Below are positions 37,501-45,219 of a DNA stretch of 64,000 nucleotides, in pieces. The stretch lies in assembly GCA_044224925.1 (NCBI GenBank), contig JBGAJM010000002.1, forward strand, positions 78,332-142,331, in the 5' to 3' direction. A program made the position numbers and the translations under genes. The notes under the pieces were generated by a model, which was not told the DNA's origin, searched no databases, and saw only the letters and a list, made by a program, of their open reading frames with translations. Each line of letters starts with the position of its first letter. The first letter of the stretch is position 1. The DNA is from Candidatus Kapaibacterium sp. (GTDB taxonomy: Bacteria > Bacteroidota > Ignavibacteria > Kapaibacteriales > Kapaibacteriaceae).

Positions 37501-38069
37501 CAGAGATCCGATTCGATGCATCGGTCTTCCTTCCCACCTCGATCGATCGCGGTAGAATGCAAACAGGTATACAGGGCGATGATCGTGTGATGTTCATTTC
37601 GTTGAGCAACATCGACCTGCTGATCACGAGTCAACGACTGGCCGATGTGCGCGGCGTGATCCTGTTAGGTGCGAAGGATACGGCTCGAACGCGTTGGATC
37701 GACGCACGATGGTCGGGAGACGCATGTCCATCGGTCGAGACCGCCGACGGCTACATCTTCGTGAGCGGTTGTTTTCTGCGAGGACGGGCCTTCCGAGAGT
37801 TCACCAATGCAACAATGTCAGTTGGCCTCGATACTGACGCTGATGTCGCAACGTTCACCGTTGGCGGCACCGAGGTGGGAGCACATGCGATCAGTCTGAT
37901 CTCGGTCGACGGTGCCCGTGTATGGTCGTCGTCGTTCAACAGAGCACTGGCCGACACATCGCCCGTGCAGTATCAAGCAGACCTCTCCTCGCTCGCGAAT
38001 GGTGTGTACGTAGCGCAACTCGAATCGCCAATGGGTCCACAATCACTCGTGATCACACTCCTACGGTAA
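34560..38069 (+). CDS. large secreted Ig-repeat protein with PKD domain and T9SS-type C-terminal domain
   Basis: 1169 aa. N-terminal propeller-like region (TNWYFGDLAGITF...), a PKD-like segment (ANFSVDTICAGSCAQFQDKS...) and about a dozen Cys-framed modules (IC.G.SV.L.A.G...Y.WSP..GLS). The C-terminal strands end ...LANGVYVAQL...VITLLR. The exact start is uncertain. Confidence 0.72.
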   Translation: MVWPTLPSRPCHLARCTACSLAWLLFVFITMGTVLRSQTETTNWYFGDLAGITFRNGVAESLSDGMVSTNEGSAAISDPTTGDLLFYTDGVTVYNRLHEVMVGGTGLNGDPSTSQSAIIVPQPGNPFVFYIFNPAPITSAQLNGRCFCLWMSVVDLRKQGGYGEVVRKNEQLTTDITEHITATKDCAGDGYWIVVHSKVSRHFYSYHLTRDRLDPTPVISDAGDPTLSVRDAGQMHISPDSRKLVLTSAAGNSQVFEFDYATGMVYNGTTLFPASIGGSHYGAAFSQDSRKLYIAVSNQDDTMPAMVYQFTLDQLRSIDIVASRKVAARLSGTFSWTPLQLALDGRIYISRAGRSFLSCISSPQNEVDSCGFIDTAVVLTGQCRYGLPNMIGSMLRPPDAVLRDCKAPQANFSVDTICAGSCAQFQDKSIGTIDTWEWLFDNAIPSVSAQKDPGAICYARAGTHAAYLIVKNAYGADTVLKYIVVKEQPAITIDPAPVICAGTSVTLQARGGVKYSWSPSVGVQGSETATPTVAPTVTTTYVVTGLGANGCSDTASVVVRVASPHGGPDVTICGGGSVRMRASGATSYEWSPRAGLSNAFVADPVASPSTTTVYTVTMTDGTCVVVDTVVVTVASTLVVTIEGQREICEGDATSISVQGGSSIVWQKAAGISDTSSFTPVFDPVTTTTYHFTVSSGSCLLSDSVTITVHPLPTLSVAGSITICPGDSTTITATTDPTTSIVWRPSTGLSDSTSTAPTAAPSSTTLYRAYARTPQGCMRVDSVLVRIEPIALVSAGPDKSICAGGSVQISGTGVASTYRWSPIAGLSDPTSLSPTASPFVTTTYVLTAQTGSCVVTDSVTVFVSTISIDLRAADTICRGSGVELKAQGGVRYVWTPTIGLSDPTIANPIASPNTTTTYTVRATDQFDCSAERSTTVYVNGNTSIKLRLGSVVAGAGSDDASMLIIAETVDAQLPLRIDSLHAEIRFDASVFLPTSIDRGRMQTGIQGDDRVMFISLSNIDLLITSQRLADVRGVILLGAKDTARTRWIDARWSGDACPSVETADGYIFVSGCFLRGRAFREFTNATMSVGLDTDADVATFTVGGTEVGAHAISLISVDGARVWSSSFNRALADTSPVQYQADLSSLANGVYVAQLESPMGPQSLVITLLR

Positions 38070-38100
38070 CTCTCCCCCCGGAAGCTCGTATCTTTGCCCC

Positions 38101-40215
38101 GTGAAAACATCGATACGCCCTTCCACCCTCCTCCTTTTCTTCCTGTTTTGTTCCCTCCCTGCCCTTGCGCAGCGTAGAGACAGCACGCGTGTGCGTGATT
38201 CCATCCGAACCTATGCCAAAGAGGGCATTGTGGTCACCGGTACTCGGAACGAAGTGCGCGTGAAGGATTCGCCGGTGCGCGTTGAGGTGATCGGGAAAGA
38301 GCGGATACGGACCACGGCCATGGTAACGCTGGCCGATCTGCTTAAAGAGCAAACGGGACTGTTGATGCAGGGTAACGTGCGAACGGGTGTGCAGATGAAC
38401 GGACTGGGTCCGGACTACACCATGATCCTGATCGACGGACAGCCCATGGTTGGTCGCGTTGCCGGTGTACTCGACCTCTCGCGCGTTTCCGTTGGCAACA
38501 TCGAACGCGTGGAGATCGTGAAAGGACCGATGTCGAGCATGTACGGAAGCGAGGCGCTCGCGGGTGTGATCAACGTGATCACGAAACGCCCGAACGATGG
38601 ATATGGTGGACGCGTATCATCGCAGTACCTGTACCATGGACAGTCTGAGATACAAGCCGAGGGGACGTATGGTTCGGCAACAACGGAGCTGAGTGCCTTT
38701 GCGAATTACAAGAACTCACCATCGTTCACGCTCACGACGTCGAATGGGGAATGGCCGTACTCGTCGTTCGAAGACGGAACGTTGCACCTCAAAGGTCTAT
38801 GGTCTGTCGCAAAGGGATTGAAGATCAAGGGTTCTGCACGAGCGTTCGGTACGCATACGCGAGGGACCTTCGTTGAATCGGTGCTCGGTCAGATCGCCAC
38901 GAACACCGGAAGTGTAGAGCAATATGATCTGAGCGGTACGGCAGGCGTTGAATACACGAGTGGAAAGGCGCACCTCTTGTGCAATGCCTACGCCACGATG
39001 TACAATGAGCGGTACAACTTCGATGTGCCGCAAGGTGAGCGAGGCACGGTGGACGATCTCCTTCGTCGCACAGCTCGTCTCTATGCGCAATACGATCTCC
39101 TGATGGGCGTGAACGATCGGATGACGATCGGTGGTGAGTTCCTGTATGAGGATATCGGAGGCTCGCGGTATTACGACTCCCTCACTCCAGGCTACAAGCC
39201 CTTCTATCGAACGTATGTTGCCTTCACACAATGGGAGGGGCTTCCGAACGATTGGATCTCCTATGTGGTGAGTGCACGCCTGGACGACAACAATGTGTAT
39301 GGAACGGCCATCTCACCGCGCTTCTCCGTTTTGCTCAAACCGGGAGAGCATCTGCGATTCAGCGGATCGATCGGAACAGGATTCAAGGCACCGGATTTCC
39401 GTCAGAACTTCATTGAATTCTCGAACCGACTACCGGGTGCGGGATACGACCTGATCGGCGCGGCCAGACTGGGTGTGCAATTGCAGCCGGAGCGAAGTCT
39501 GTCGTACGATCTCGGCCTCCGCTACGAAGACGCCGTGTTCGATGTTGATGATGCGCACGTGCTCATGAATGCAGAAGTGCGCGCGTTTCGAAACGACCTG
39601 CATAACCTCATCGAGTACTACTTGTATGGATCGTTCGACGGAAGGAACGTGTATTCGTATCGCAACCTTGCGCGCGTGTACACGCAGGGCCTCGAGATCA
39701 ACTTGCGCACCGTTGTGGCATTCGACGATGTTGGTTCGTTCGGGATCTCGGGCGGGTATCAACTTCTCGATGCCATGGACAAGGAAGTGCTCGATGCCAT
39801 CGATCAAGGTCAGGCCGGCACGATCGACAAGCCGCTCACGCGCGACGACTATCATGGACTCTGGGGCAGGTCGCGCAACAGTGGCAACCTGCGGTTCCAA
39901 TACGATTCTCCGGATCGCGCGTGGAGTGCCAACGTGCGATTCCAGTTCATTGGCAGGTATGGCGACGAATCGCTCGACAAGAATGGTATCGTGATCAGTG
40001 AACCGCCACGTCGGGTTCTCGACCGCGACGATGAATTCGTTGAGGGCTATACGGTGATGAACGTTGCATGTACGCGTTCATTCACGATCGGCGAGATGGA
40101 GAATGCTCTTACGATCGGAGCGGGCATGAACAATATCCTCAACGTGTCCAACCCGCAGTATGTACCGGGTCTTGTTGGACGACAGTTCTTTGTGCAGGCA
40201 GGATACCGGTTCTAA
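38101..40215 (+). CDS. TonB-dependent receptor
   Basis: GTG start, signal peptide ...CSLPALAQ, plug motifs (GIVVTGTR, IERVEIVKGPMSSMYGSEALAGVINVITK) and a C-terminal ...FFVQAGYRF barrel-closing Phe. Confidence 0.85.
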   Translation: MKTSIRPSTLLLFFLFCSLPALAQRRDSTRVRDSIRTYAKEGIVVTGTRNEVRVKDSPVRVEVIGKERIRTTAMVTLADLLKEQTGLLMQGNVRTGVQMNGLGPDYTMILIDGQPMVGRVAGVLDLSRVSVGNIERVEIVKGPMSSMYGSEALAGVINVITKRPNDGYGGRVSSQYLYHGQSEIQAEGTYGSATTELSAFANYKNSPSFTLTTSNGEWPYSSFEDGTLHLKGLWSVAKGLKIKGSARAFGTHTRGTFVESVLGQIATNTGSVEQYDLSGTAGVEYTSGKAHLLCNAYATMYNERYNFDVPQGERGTVDDLLRRTARLYAQYDLLMGVNDRMTIGGEFLYEDIGGSRYYDSLTPGYKPFYRTYVAFTQWEGLPNDWISYVVSARLDDNNVYGTAISPRFSVLLKPGEHLRFSGSIGTGFKAPDFRQNFIEFSNRLPGAGYDLIGAARLGVQLQPERSLSYDLGLRYEDAVFDVDDAHVLMNAEVRAFRNDLHNLIEYYLYGSFDGRNVYSYRNLARVYTQGLEINLRTVVAFDDVGSFGISGGYQLLDAMDKEVLDAIDQGQAGTIDKPLTRDDYHGLWGRSRNSGNLRFQYDSPDRAWSANVRFQFIGRYGDESLDKNGIVISEPPRRVLDRDDEFVEGYTVMNVACTRSFTIGEMENALTIGAGMNNILNVSNPQYVPGLVGRQFFVQAGYRF

Positions 40216-40691
40216 ACAGGTTTGAATCCTTCGAACCCTTGTCTGCAGGCATTACAGTAATGCAACGACCGACACAACGTTGGACCGAAGGGAGAACGCA
40301 ACGTGGTGTTATGCGACCCGCAGAACGGGCAGGCCGTATTGTTCAGGACCTCGAGTGAGAGCTCGAGTTCATAGGGCTCAGGAGGGGCAAGGCCATGTTT
40401 GAGAAGGGCGGCACGGCCCTTCTCTGTCAGGAGGTTGGTGTTCCATGGTACGTCGAAGTTCACATCCACGGATACGGAATGTGGACCCAATGCTTCGATC
40501 GCAGCTGTCACATCACGGCGCATCACATCGATGGCCGGACATCCGACGAATGTTGGCGTCATCGACACGCGCACATCGTTGTCATCGGAAACATCAACAA
40601 GGGTGATGATGCCCATGTCGACAACGGAGATCGTTGGGATCTCCGGATCGTGCACTGTTGAAAGTGCGTTCAAGACATCTTCACGGGTCAC
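40212..40691 (-). CDS. paaD: 1,2-phenylacetyl-CoA epoxidase subunit PaaD-like
   Basis: 159 aa with a DUF59-like N-terminus (VHDPEIPTISVVDMGI) and a C-terminal Cys cluster CPFCGS...CNAC, typical of PaaD/PaaJ. Confidence 0.75.
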   Translation of the reverse strand: MTREDVLNALSTVHDPEIPTISVVDMGIITLVDVSDDNDVRVSMTPTFVGCPAIDVMRRDVTAAIEALGPHSVSVDVNFDVPWNTNLLTEKGRAALLKHGLAPPEPYELELSLEVLNNTACPFCGSHNTTLRSPFGPTLCRSLHYCNACRQGFEGFKPV

Positions 40692-40692
40692 G

Positions 40693-41451
40693 TCACCACT
40701 CCGCAGAAGGATCCAAGCGGAACACTTCTGTCATCTCATCCAGCAGCGGCTGTAGGTCGGCCGTGTGAAACCCTTTCCGTCCTCCAAACACCGGAGTGAT
40801 CGCCTGCACATCCGGCATACGGAGCGAGGCTGCATTCACGATGTCTGTCACATAGGCGATCCAACGATCGCGCAGGGCGAGCTCACCTTCGAAGAGACCA
40901 CTCGAGATGATATCGTTCTCGGCATCGGTCGTTTCGAAGATACCGAGTGCGTACGGCATTGCTTCGTCCAAGGCGGCTTGCATGCGCGCCTTACTTTCAT
41001 CACTCCCTTGTCCGCCCAACTGCACCATCCATGTTTGACCATGATAGATGTGATAGCGGATCTCACCACGCATCTTGCGAGCAAGCTTTGCCAGTGGCTC
41101 ATACGAGGAGTGTTGCAGGGCATCGTAGCGCAGTTTCTCCGACGCATCGAACAGGAAATGTCGCACGAGTGAGAAGTCGTATTCGCCGTTTGGCAGTTCC
41201 ACAAACTGACAGCAATGGAAGTCACGTTCGTTGCGTGTGAAGGCGATCGTGTCGGGTTCCTGCTCTCCGAGTTCGTGGAGGAGCGAGTAGAGTGCAAGTG
41301 CATGACCGAGTTTGTCCTGTGCGATCGAGGAGAACGCAATGTCCTCTTCGAGCAACGGACCCATTCCCGTCCATTCTGAATGGCGGTGCGCAATGATCAG
41401 TGAATCATCGGCCATTCGATACAGGAGATCTTTGATCGCATTCGTGTTCAT
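40693..41451 (-). CDS. paaC: 1,2-phenylacetyl-CoA epoxidase subunit PaaC-like
   Basis: 252-aa ferritin-like helical protein (LYRMADDSLIIAHRHSEWTG...IAQDKLGHA). Its length and its position between paaB and paaD fit PaaC/PaaI. Confidence 0.72.
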   Translation of the reverse strand: MNTNAIKDLLYRMADDSLIIAHRHSEWTGMGPLLEEDIAFSSIAQDKLGHALALYSLLHELGEQEPDTIAFTRNERDFHCCQFVELPNGEYDFSLVRHFLFDASEKLRYDALQHSSYEPLAKLARKMRGEIRYHIYHGQTWMVQLGGQGSDESKARMQAALDEAMPYALGIFETTDAENDIISSGLFEGELALRDRWIAYVTDIVNAASLRMPDVQAITPVFGGRKGFHTADLQPLLDEMTEVFRLDPSAEW

Positions 41452-41840
41452 GCCTTCGTTCCTTGCTGTTCTTTCTTGAACTCTTCCACCTTGTTCCGTA
41501 CCATGTAGGCCGAAACATCACGGTACTTTTTCTCCGGCGTTGTTTCGAAGATCTCGCTATCCTCGGAGGGCATCGTTACAACGTCACGTGTGTTCACTAC
41601 CCACAGGTTCAATGTTTGTCCACGACGGGCATACTGTTCCTTGGCCATCAGAAGAGCCAGTTCCTTTGTTGGTGCATGGAGCGATCCAACATGGACATGA
41701 CGTCCGCCACTCTTCTGTTGATGGAACACCTCGTAGGTATGAAACTGATCGAGTTCGTGTTTTGGTTCCAGAGGTTCTGGACGGTCGGGATCGATTTGAG
41801 CCCGCGTCACACGCGGATCGAGAGAGATGATCGTGGCCAT
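41448..41840 (-). CDS. paaB: 1,2-phenylacetyl-CoA epoxidase subunit PaaB-like
   Basis: The core YEVFHQQKSGGRHVHVGSLHAPTKELALLMAKEQYARRGQTLNLWVV matches the PaaB signature. It carries a roughly 30-aa N-terminal extension. The stop overlaps the paaC start as ATGA. Confidence 0.75.
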   Translation of the reverse strand: MATIISLDPRVTRAQIDPDRPEPLEPKHELDQFHTYEVFHQQKSGGRHVHVGSLHAPTKELALLMAKEQYARRGQTLNLWVVNTRDVVTMPSEDSEIFETTPEKKYRDVSAYMVRNKVEEFKKEQQGTKA

Positions 41841-41910
41841 TGGTTCAGATTCTTCTATGAAGGAATGACCGAATTTACGGAATTGCAGTCAAATGTGTCC
41901 GAAATCGGTC

Positions 41911-44247
41911 TTAATGGAGGACGGTCACGGCAACGGCTCCTGCCGGACCGTTCGCATCGAGGAGCAACACATACGGTCCGGTGGGTAGCATGGACACATC
42001 CACGCGGAACACATACCGTACCATGCCGCCTTCCTCCCGTGCCTCTATACTTGTTGCGCGCATCACTTCCCGTCGCACAGCATCCTCGACAATGAGCGTC
42101 GGAACGTCGCCTGGGCCGATGCGCACCACTTCGGTCTCAATGGTCGACGAGGAGGGATTGGGGAACGGTGCCATCATCTGATAGGTGGAACCGGCTCGGA
42201 TGACCGTGGTGGACACAGGGAGGCCGCATCGCGACGTGCCTGTGAGTGTTTCGACGAGGCCCGAGGTAAAGACAGGCACCGGAACATCTCTGCAAGTGTC
42301 GGGGATGATGATCGTATCGACGACCAGGCCCGACTCGATCGTAGAGCAACAGATACGAAGGGTCTTTGTATCAAGCGGAGCGATCACGATCGGGAACTGT
42401 CCTTGTGGCATGCTGCAACGGAGGTTCACGACCATGAACGGTCGCGAGATCACCAAGGGGCGCACGGTGTCGCGATTGCGGATCACGAGGTCCCTGCACG
42501 TCAGGTCGCCAACCGTAACGTCCGGTATCTGCAGTCCGGGGCCGATGTTCGCATTCTGCACATCGATCTGATTGCGAAGGTTGAGGACGACCACATCGAT
42601 ACGATTCGATGTGCCTGGGCATCCATATTCGTCGATGATATCGCAAAAGTAGGTGCCGGCACTTTTCACGGAGATCGACGGAGTGGTCTCCCCTGTGCTC
42701 CACCGATAGGACGTCATGCCTCGTGGAGCCACGAGCGTGACGGAATCGTCCAAACAGATCGTTGTTTTACCCGTGGCCGTGATCGTTGGTTCGAACAATG
42801 GTCGGATATCGGCAACAAAGGGTTTCGATCGTAGAACGCAGCCATTGGTGTCGGTGGCCGTTACCGTGACGGTGGCAGAGGCGCGCACGACGATGGCATC
42901 GGTAGTGTCGCCTGTCGACCAACGGAATGACCGATACGGTCCATTCGTCACGCGAAGCATGGCAGAATCGCCATAGCAATAGGTGGACCCGGAAAGTCCA
43001 TTCAGAATGAGCGGAGCAGTGGTCTGGAACACACGCAGCGTGATCGTATCGGCGGATGCCGTACACGTGAGCGTGTCGAAGGCGGTGATGATGTATCGGC
43101 CGGGCTTACTGGCGTATCGATCCGGTCCTGTGAGACCATCGGACCACTTGTATCGAAGCAGATCGGGCGTCGACGTGAGGAGAACGCTATCGCCCTGGCA
43201 CACATAGACAAGATCACCTTGGGCGATGGTAACGAGACGCGGACGTGCGTTGAAGTTCGACCGGTAGACCTCGGTGCCGACAACGAATCCCAGCGTATCG
43301 CTGACCATCCAGATGTCGTCCAAGTTCGAAGTGGCATCGATCCCACATGCACGAAGCTCCCATGTTCGACCTGCATCCGATGTGTAGTACACTTGCCGTT
43401 CGGAGCCCACGCCCCATCCGGCACGTTCACTTACGAGGAAGGTTCCATAGTTGGTAGAGGGCGTTCGAAAACGCGTCCACGAGGCTCCCATATCCGTCGA
43501 GAAACGGTACTCCCCTGTGACCAATCCGCCGCCGAAGCATTCGCTTCCCGCGCTGGGTACAAGGAACGATCTTCCGACGTGGGAGAGTTCTTCATTCCAG
43601 GTTCGAAAGCCGGACGTGGCAAACTCGTTCCATGTGCGACCGTAGTCATTGGTCGACCATATCATACCGCTCGACGCGGCGTATCCGCTTCCATCGCGAT
43701 ACAGGATCGCATCCGTGAGTCCGGTCCCGATATCGTTCGCTTCAAAGAACGACCACGTTGTCCCACCGTCGGTGGTCCGATAGAATCGAGGTGGTTCTTG
43801 GCAGCCGCCAACGAGATAGACGCCTTCATTCTGCGTCAAGAAGTAGCATCCCCATGGGTTATCGCCAGTGGGAATGTTCGGAGAGACGTTGAACCATGAG
43901 ATGCCACCGTTGTTGGATCGGAAGATCCCGCCTGGTCCGGACGTGTATCCCACGAGTGGTGTCAGGAATTGAATGCTCTCGAGGAACGGGTCACCATTGA
44001 TCCGGGTACCAAGCCACGTGGTCCCACCGTCAGTGGTCCTGATCACTCGGCCATCATCCGAGCAGACCCATCCATAGCGCGGATCGGCGGGCAAGAAGAA
44101 CACGTCCAGGTACATCACGTTCTCGCCGTATCCCGGAGGGAGCACACACTTCGTCCACTGTGCCTCCATAGGCACGGAAGCAAAGGCAAGCAGGCAGATC
44201 AGCGAGCAGATCGCCTGCAGAGCTGCAGAACGGAGTGGAGTGAACAA
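41911..44247 (-). CDS. secreted Asp-box/Ycf48-like beta-propeller plus Ig-like modules plus T9SS C-terminal domain
   Basis: 778 aa with a TTG start and signal peptide ...AFASVPMEAQ. Boxes TTDGGTTW, SNNGGISW, TTDGGTTW, TNDYGRTW, STDMGASW and SDAGRTW are present. Three Cys-framed modules follow (YKWSDG, FRWSTGDT, YRWSTGET). The CTD reads ...PFPNPSSSTIE...GPYVLLL. Confidence 0.75.
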   Translation of the reverse strand: MFTPLRSAALQAICSLICLLAFASVPMEAQWTKCVLPPGYGENVMYLDVFFLPADPRYGWVCSDDGRVIRTTDGGTTWLGTRINGDPFLESIQFLTPLVGYTSGPGGIFRSNNGGISWFNVSPNIPTGDNPWGCYFLTQNEGVYLVGGCQEPPRFYRTTDGGTTWSFFEANDIGTGLTDAILYRDGSGYAASSGMIWSTNDYGRTWNEFATSGFRTWNEELSHVGRSFLVPSAGSECFGGGLVTGEYRFSTDMGASWTRFRTPSTNYGTFLVSERAGWGVGSERQVYYTSDAGRTWELRACGIDATSNLDDIWMVSDTLGFVVGTEVYRSNFNARPRLVTIAQGDLVYVCQGDSVLLTSTPDLLRYKWSDGLTGPDRYASKPGRYIITAFDTLTCTASADTITLRVFQTTAPLILNGLSGSTYCYGDSAMLRVTNGPYRSFRWSTGDTTDAIVVRASATVTVTATDTNGCVLRSKPFVADIRPLFEPTITATGKTTICLDDSVTLVAPRGMTSYRWSTGETTPSISVKSAGTYFCDIIDEYGCPGTSNRIDVVVLNLRNQIDVQNANIGPGLQIPDVTVGDLTCRDLVIRNRDTVRPLVISRPFMVVNLRCSMPQGQFPIVIAPLDTKTLRICCSTIESGLVVDTIIIPDTCRDVPVPVFTSGLVETLTGTSRCGLPVSTTVIRAGSTYQMMAPFPNPSSSTIETEVVRIGPGDVPTLIVEDAVRREVMRATSIEAREEGGMVRYVFRVDVSMLPTGPYVLLLDANGPAGAVAVTVLH

Positions 44248-44270
44248 GGCGGTCAGTTGGTGACTCGTGC

Positions 44271-45098
44271 TTAGTGAACGATCAGGGCCCTCGACCGCAC
44301 GATGCGTCGATCGCTGATCAATGTGATCATATAGGCACCGGTGCGAGCCGGTATCCCTTCAGCCGTGCCGCCATCCCATTGAAAGATCCCATGGTCCGCT
44401 TCTGCGGTGACAGCACCTTCAAAAATACGCTGTCCTTGCATGTCCGTGACGGACACCTCGAAACGTTCTTGTGGCTCGGCAGAGAACTTCACGGTCACAA
44501 GGTTCGAGGAAGGCAGCGGGGTGGCAAGGCTTGTGAAGACGGGGATCGTGGTCTCGGCAACGTCGGTGGTCTTTTCTACAGTGATCTGGACCGGCGTCAT
44601 GTGATTCCAGAGGTCGTTCGCGTCTTCCCGGCCATTTCCATTCACGGCATTCCCCGTCGCCAGGAGATAGTAGGTTCCCGGAGTGGTCGGTGCCTTCCAC
44701 GAGAACGAGAAAGTTGACGTTCCGCTCGACATTGTCCTTGGTGAAGAGTGCGTGAGTTCCCCTCCGCTCAGGAACAGTCCAGGACCTGCAATAAGGGTCC
44801 CCGCATTGGTCTGTGCCGTCAGTGAAGACTTCACGGCAACGTTGATCCCGGCCCGTGTACGAGAGACGTGGGCGACGACAACGGAAAGCTGGATCGTCTC
44901 ACCGGGTTGCAACACGATCGGCTGTGTTGTTGAGAGTGAAACGGTTGTTGCAGAGCTCGCAGTAGAGCCGTGACAGCCACTGCCACCACAACCTTGTGAA
45001 GTAGGTAGGGTCCGTCCCACATACCCACTAGGATTAGCGTATAGGGAGGTGCTCGCCAGTGAGCAAAAGAGGACGAGCAAGAAGTACCGCAGTTGCAT
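44271..45098 (-). CDS. secreted protein of unknown function with CGGSGCHG motif and T9SS C-terminal domain
   Basis: 275 aa with signal peptide ...STSLYA. The mature N-terminus reads NPSGYVGRTLPTSQGCGGSGCHG. The C-terminal roughly 85 aa are CTD-like (...VTVKFSA...TGAYMITL...ALIVH). Confidence 0.62.
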   Translation of the reverse strand: MQLRYFLLVLFCSLASTSLYANPSGYVGRTLPTSQGCGGSGCHGSTASSATTVSLSTTQPIVLQPGETIQLSVVVAHVSRTRAGINVAVKSSLTAQTNAGTLIAGPGLFLSGGELTHSSPRTMSSGTSTFSFSWKAPTTPGTYYLLATGNAVNGNGREDANDLWNHMTPVQITVEKTTDVAETTIPVFTSLATPLPSSNLVTVKFSAEPQERFEVSVTDMQGQRIFEGAVTAEADHGIFQWDGGTAEGIPARTGAYMITLISDRRIVRSRALIVH

Positions 45099-45164
45099 AT
45101 CGATCGATCCGAAGGTGGTGAAGGATTGTTGGTATGATATCCCTGAGCGGAAAAGAGTTACCGC

Positions 45165-45197
45165 AAAAAGAAAGGGCGCACCGAAGTGCGCCCTTTC
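45165..45197 (-). terminator. rho-independent terminator of the giant ORF
   Basis: On the minus strand, GAAAGGGCGCAC-TTCG-GTGCGCCCTTTC forms a perfect 12-bp stem followed by TTTTT, 23 nt after the stop at 45220. Confidence 0.8.
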
Positions 45198-45219
45198 CTG
45201 TTACATGTCGGCGTATGTC

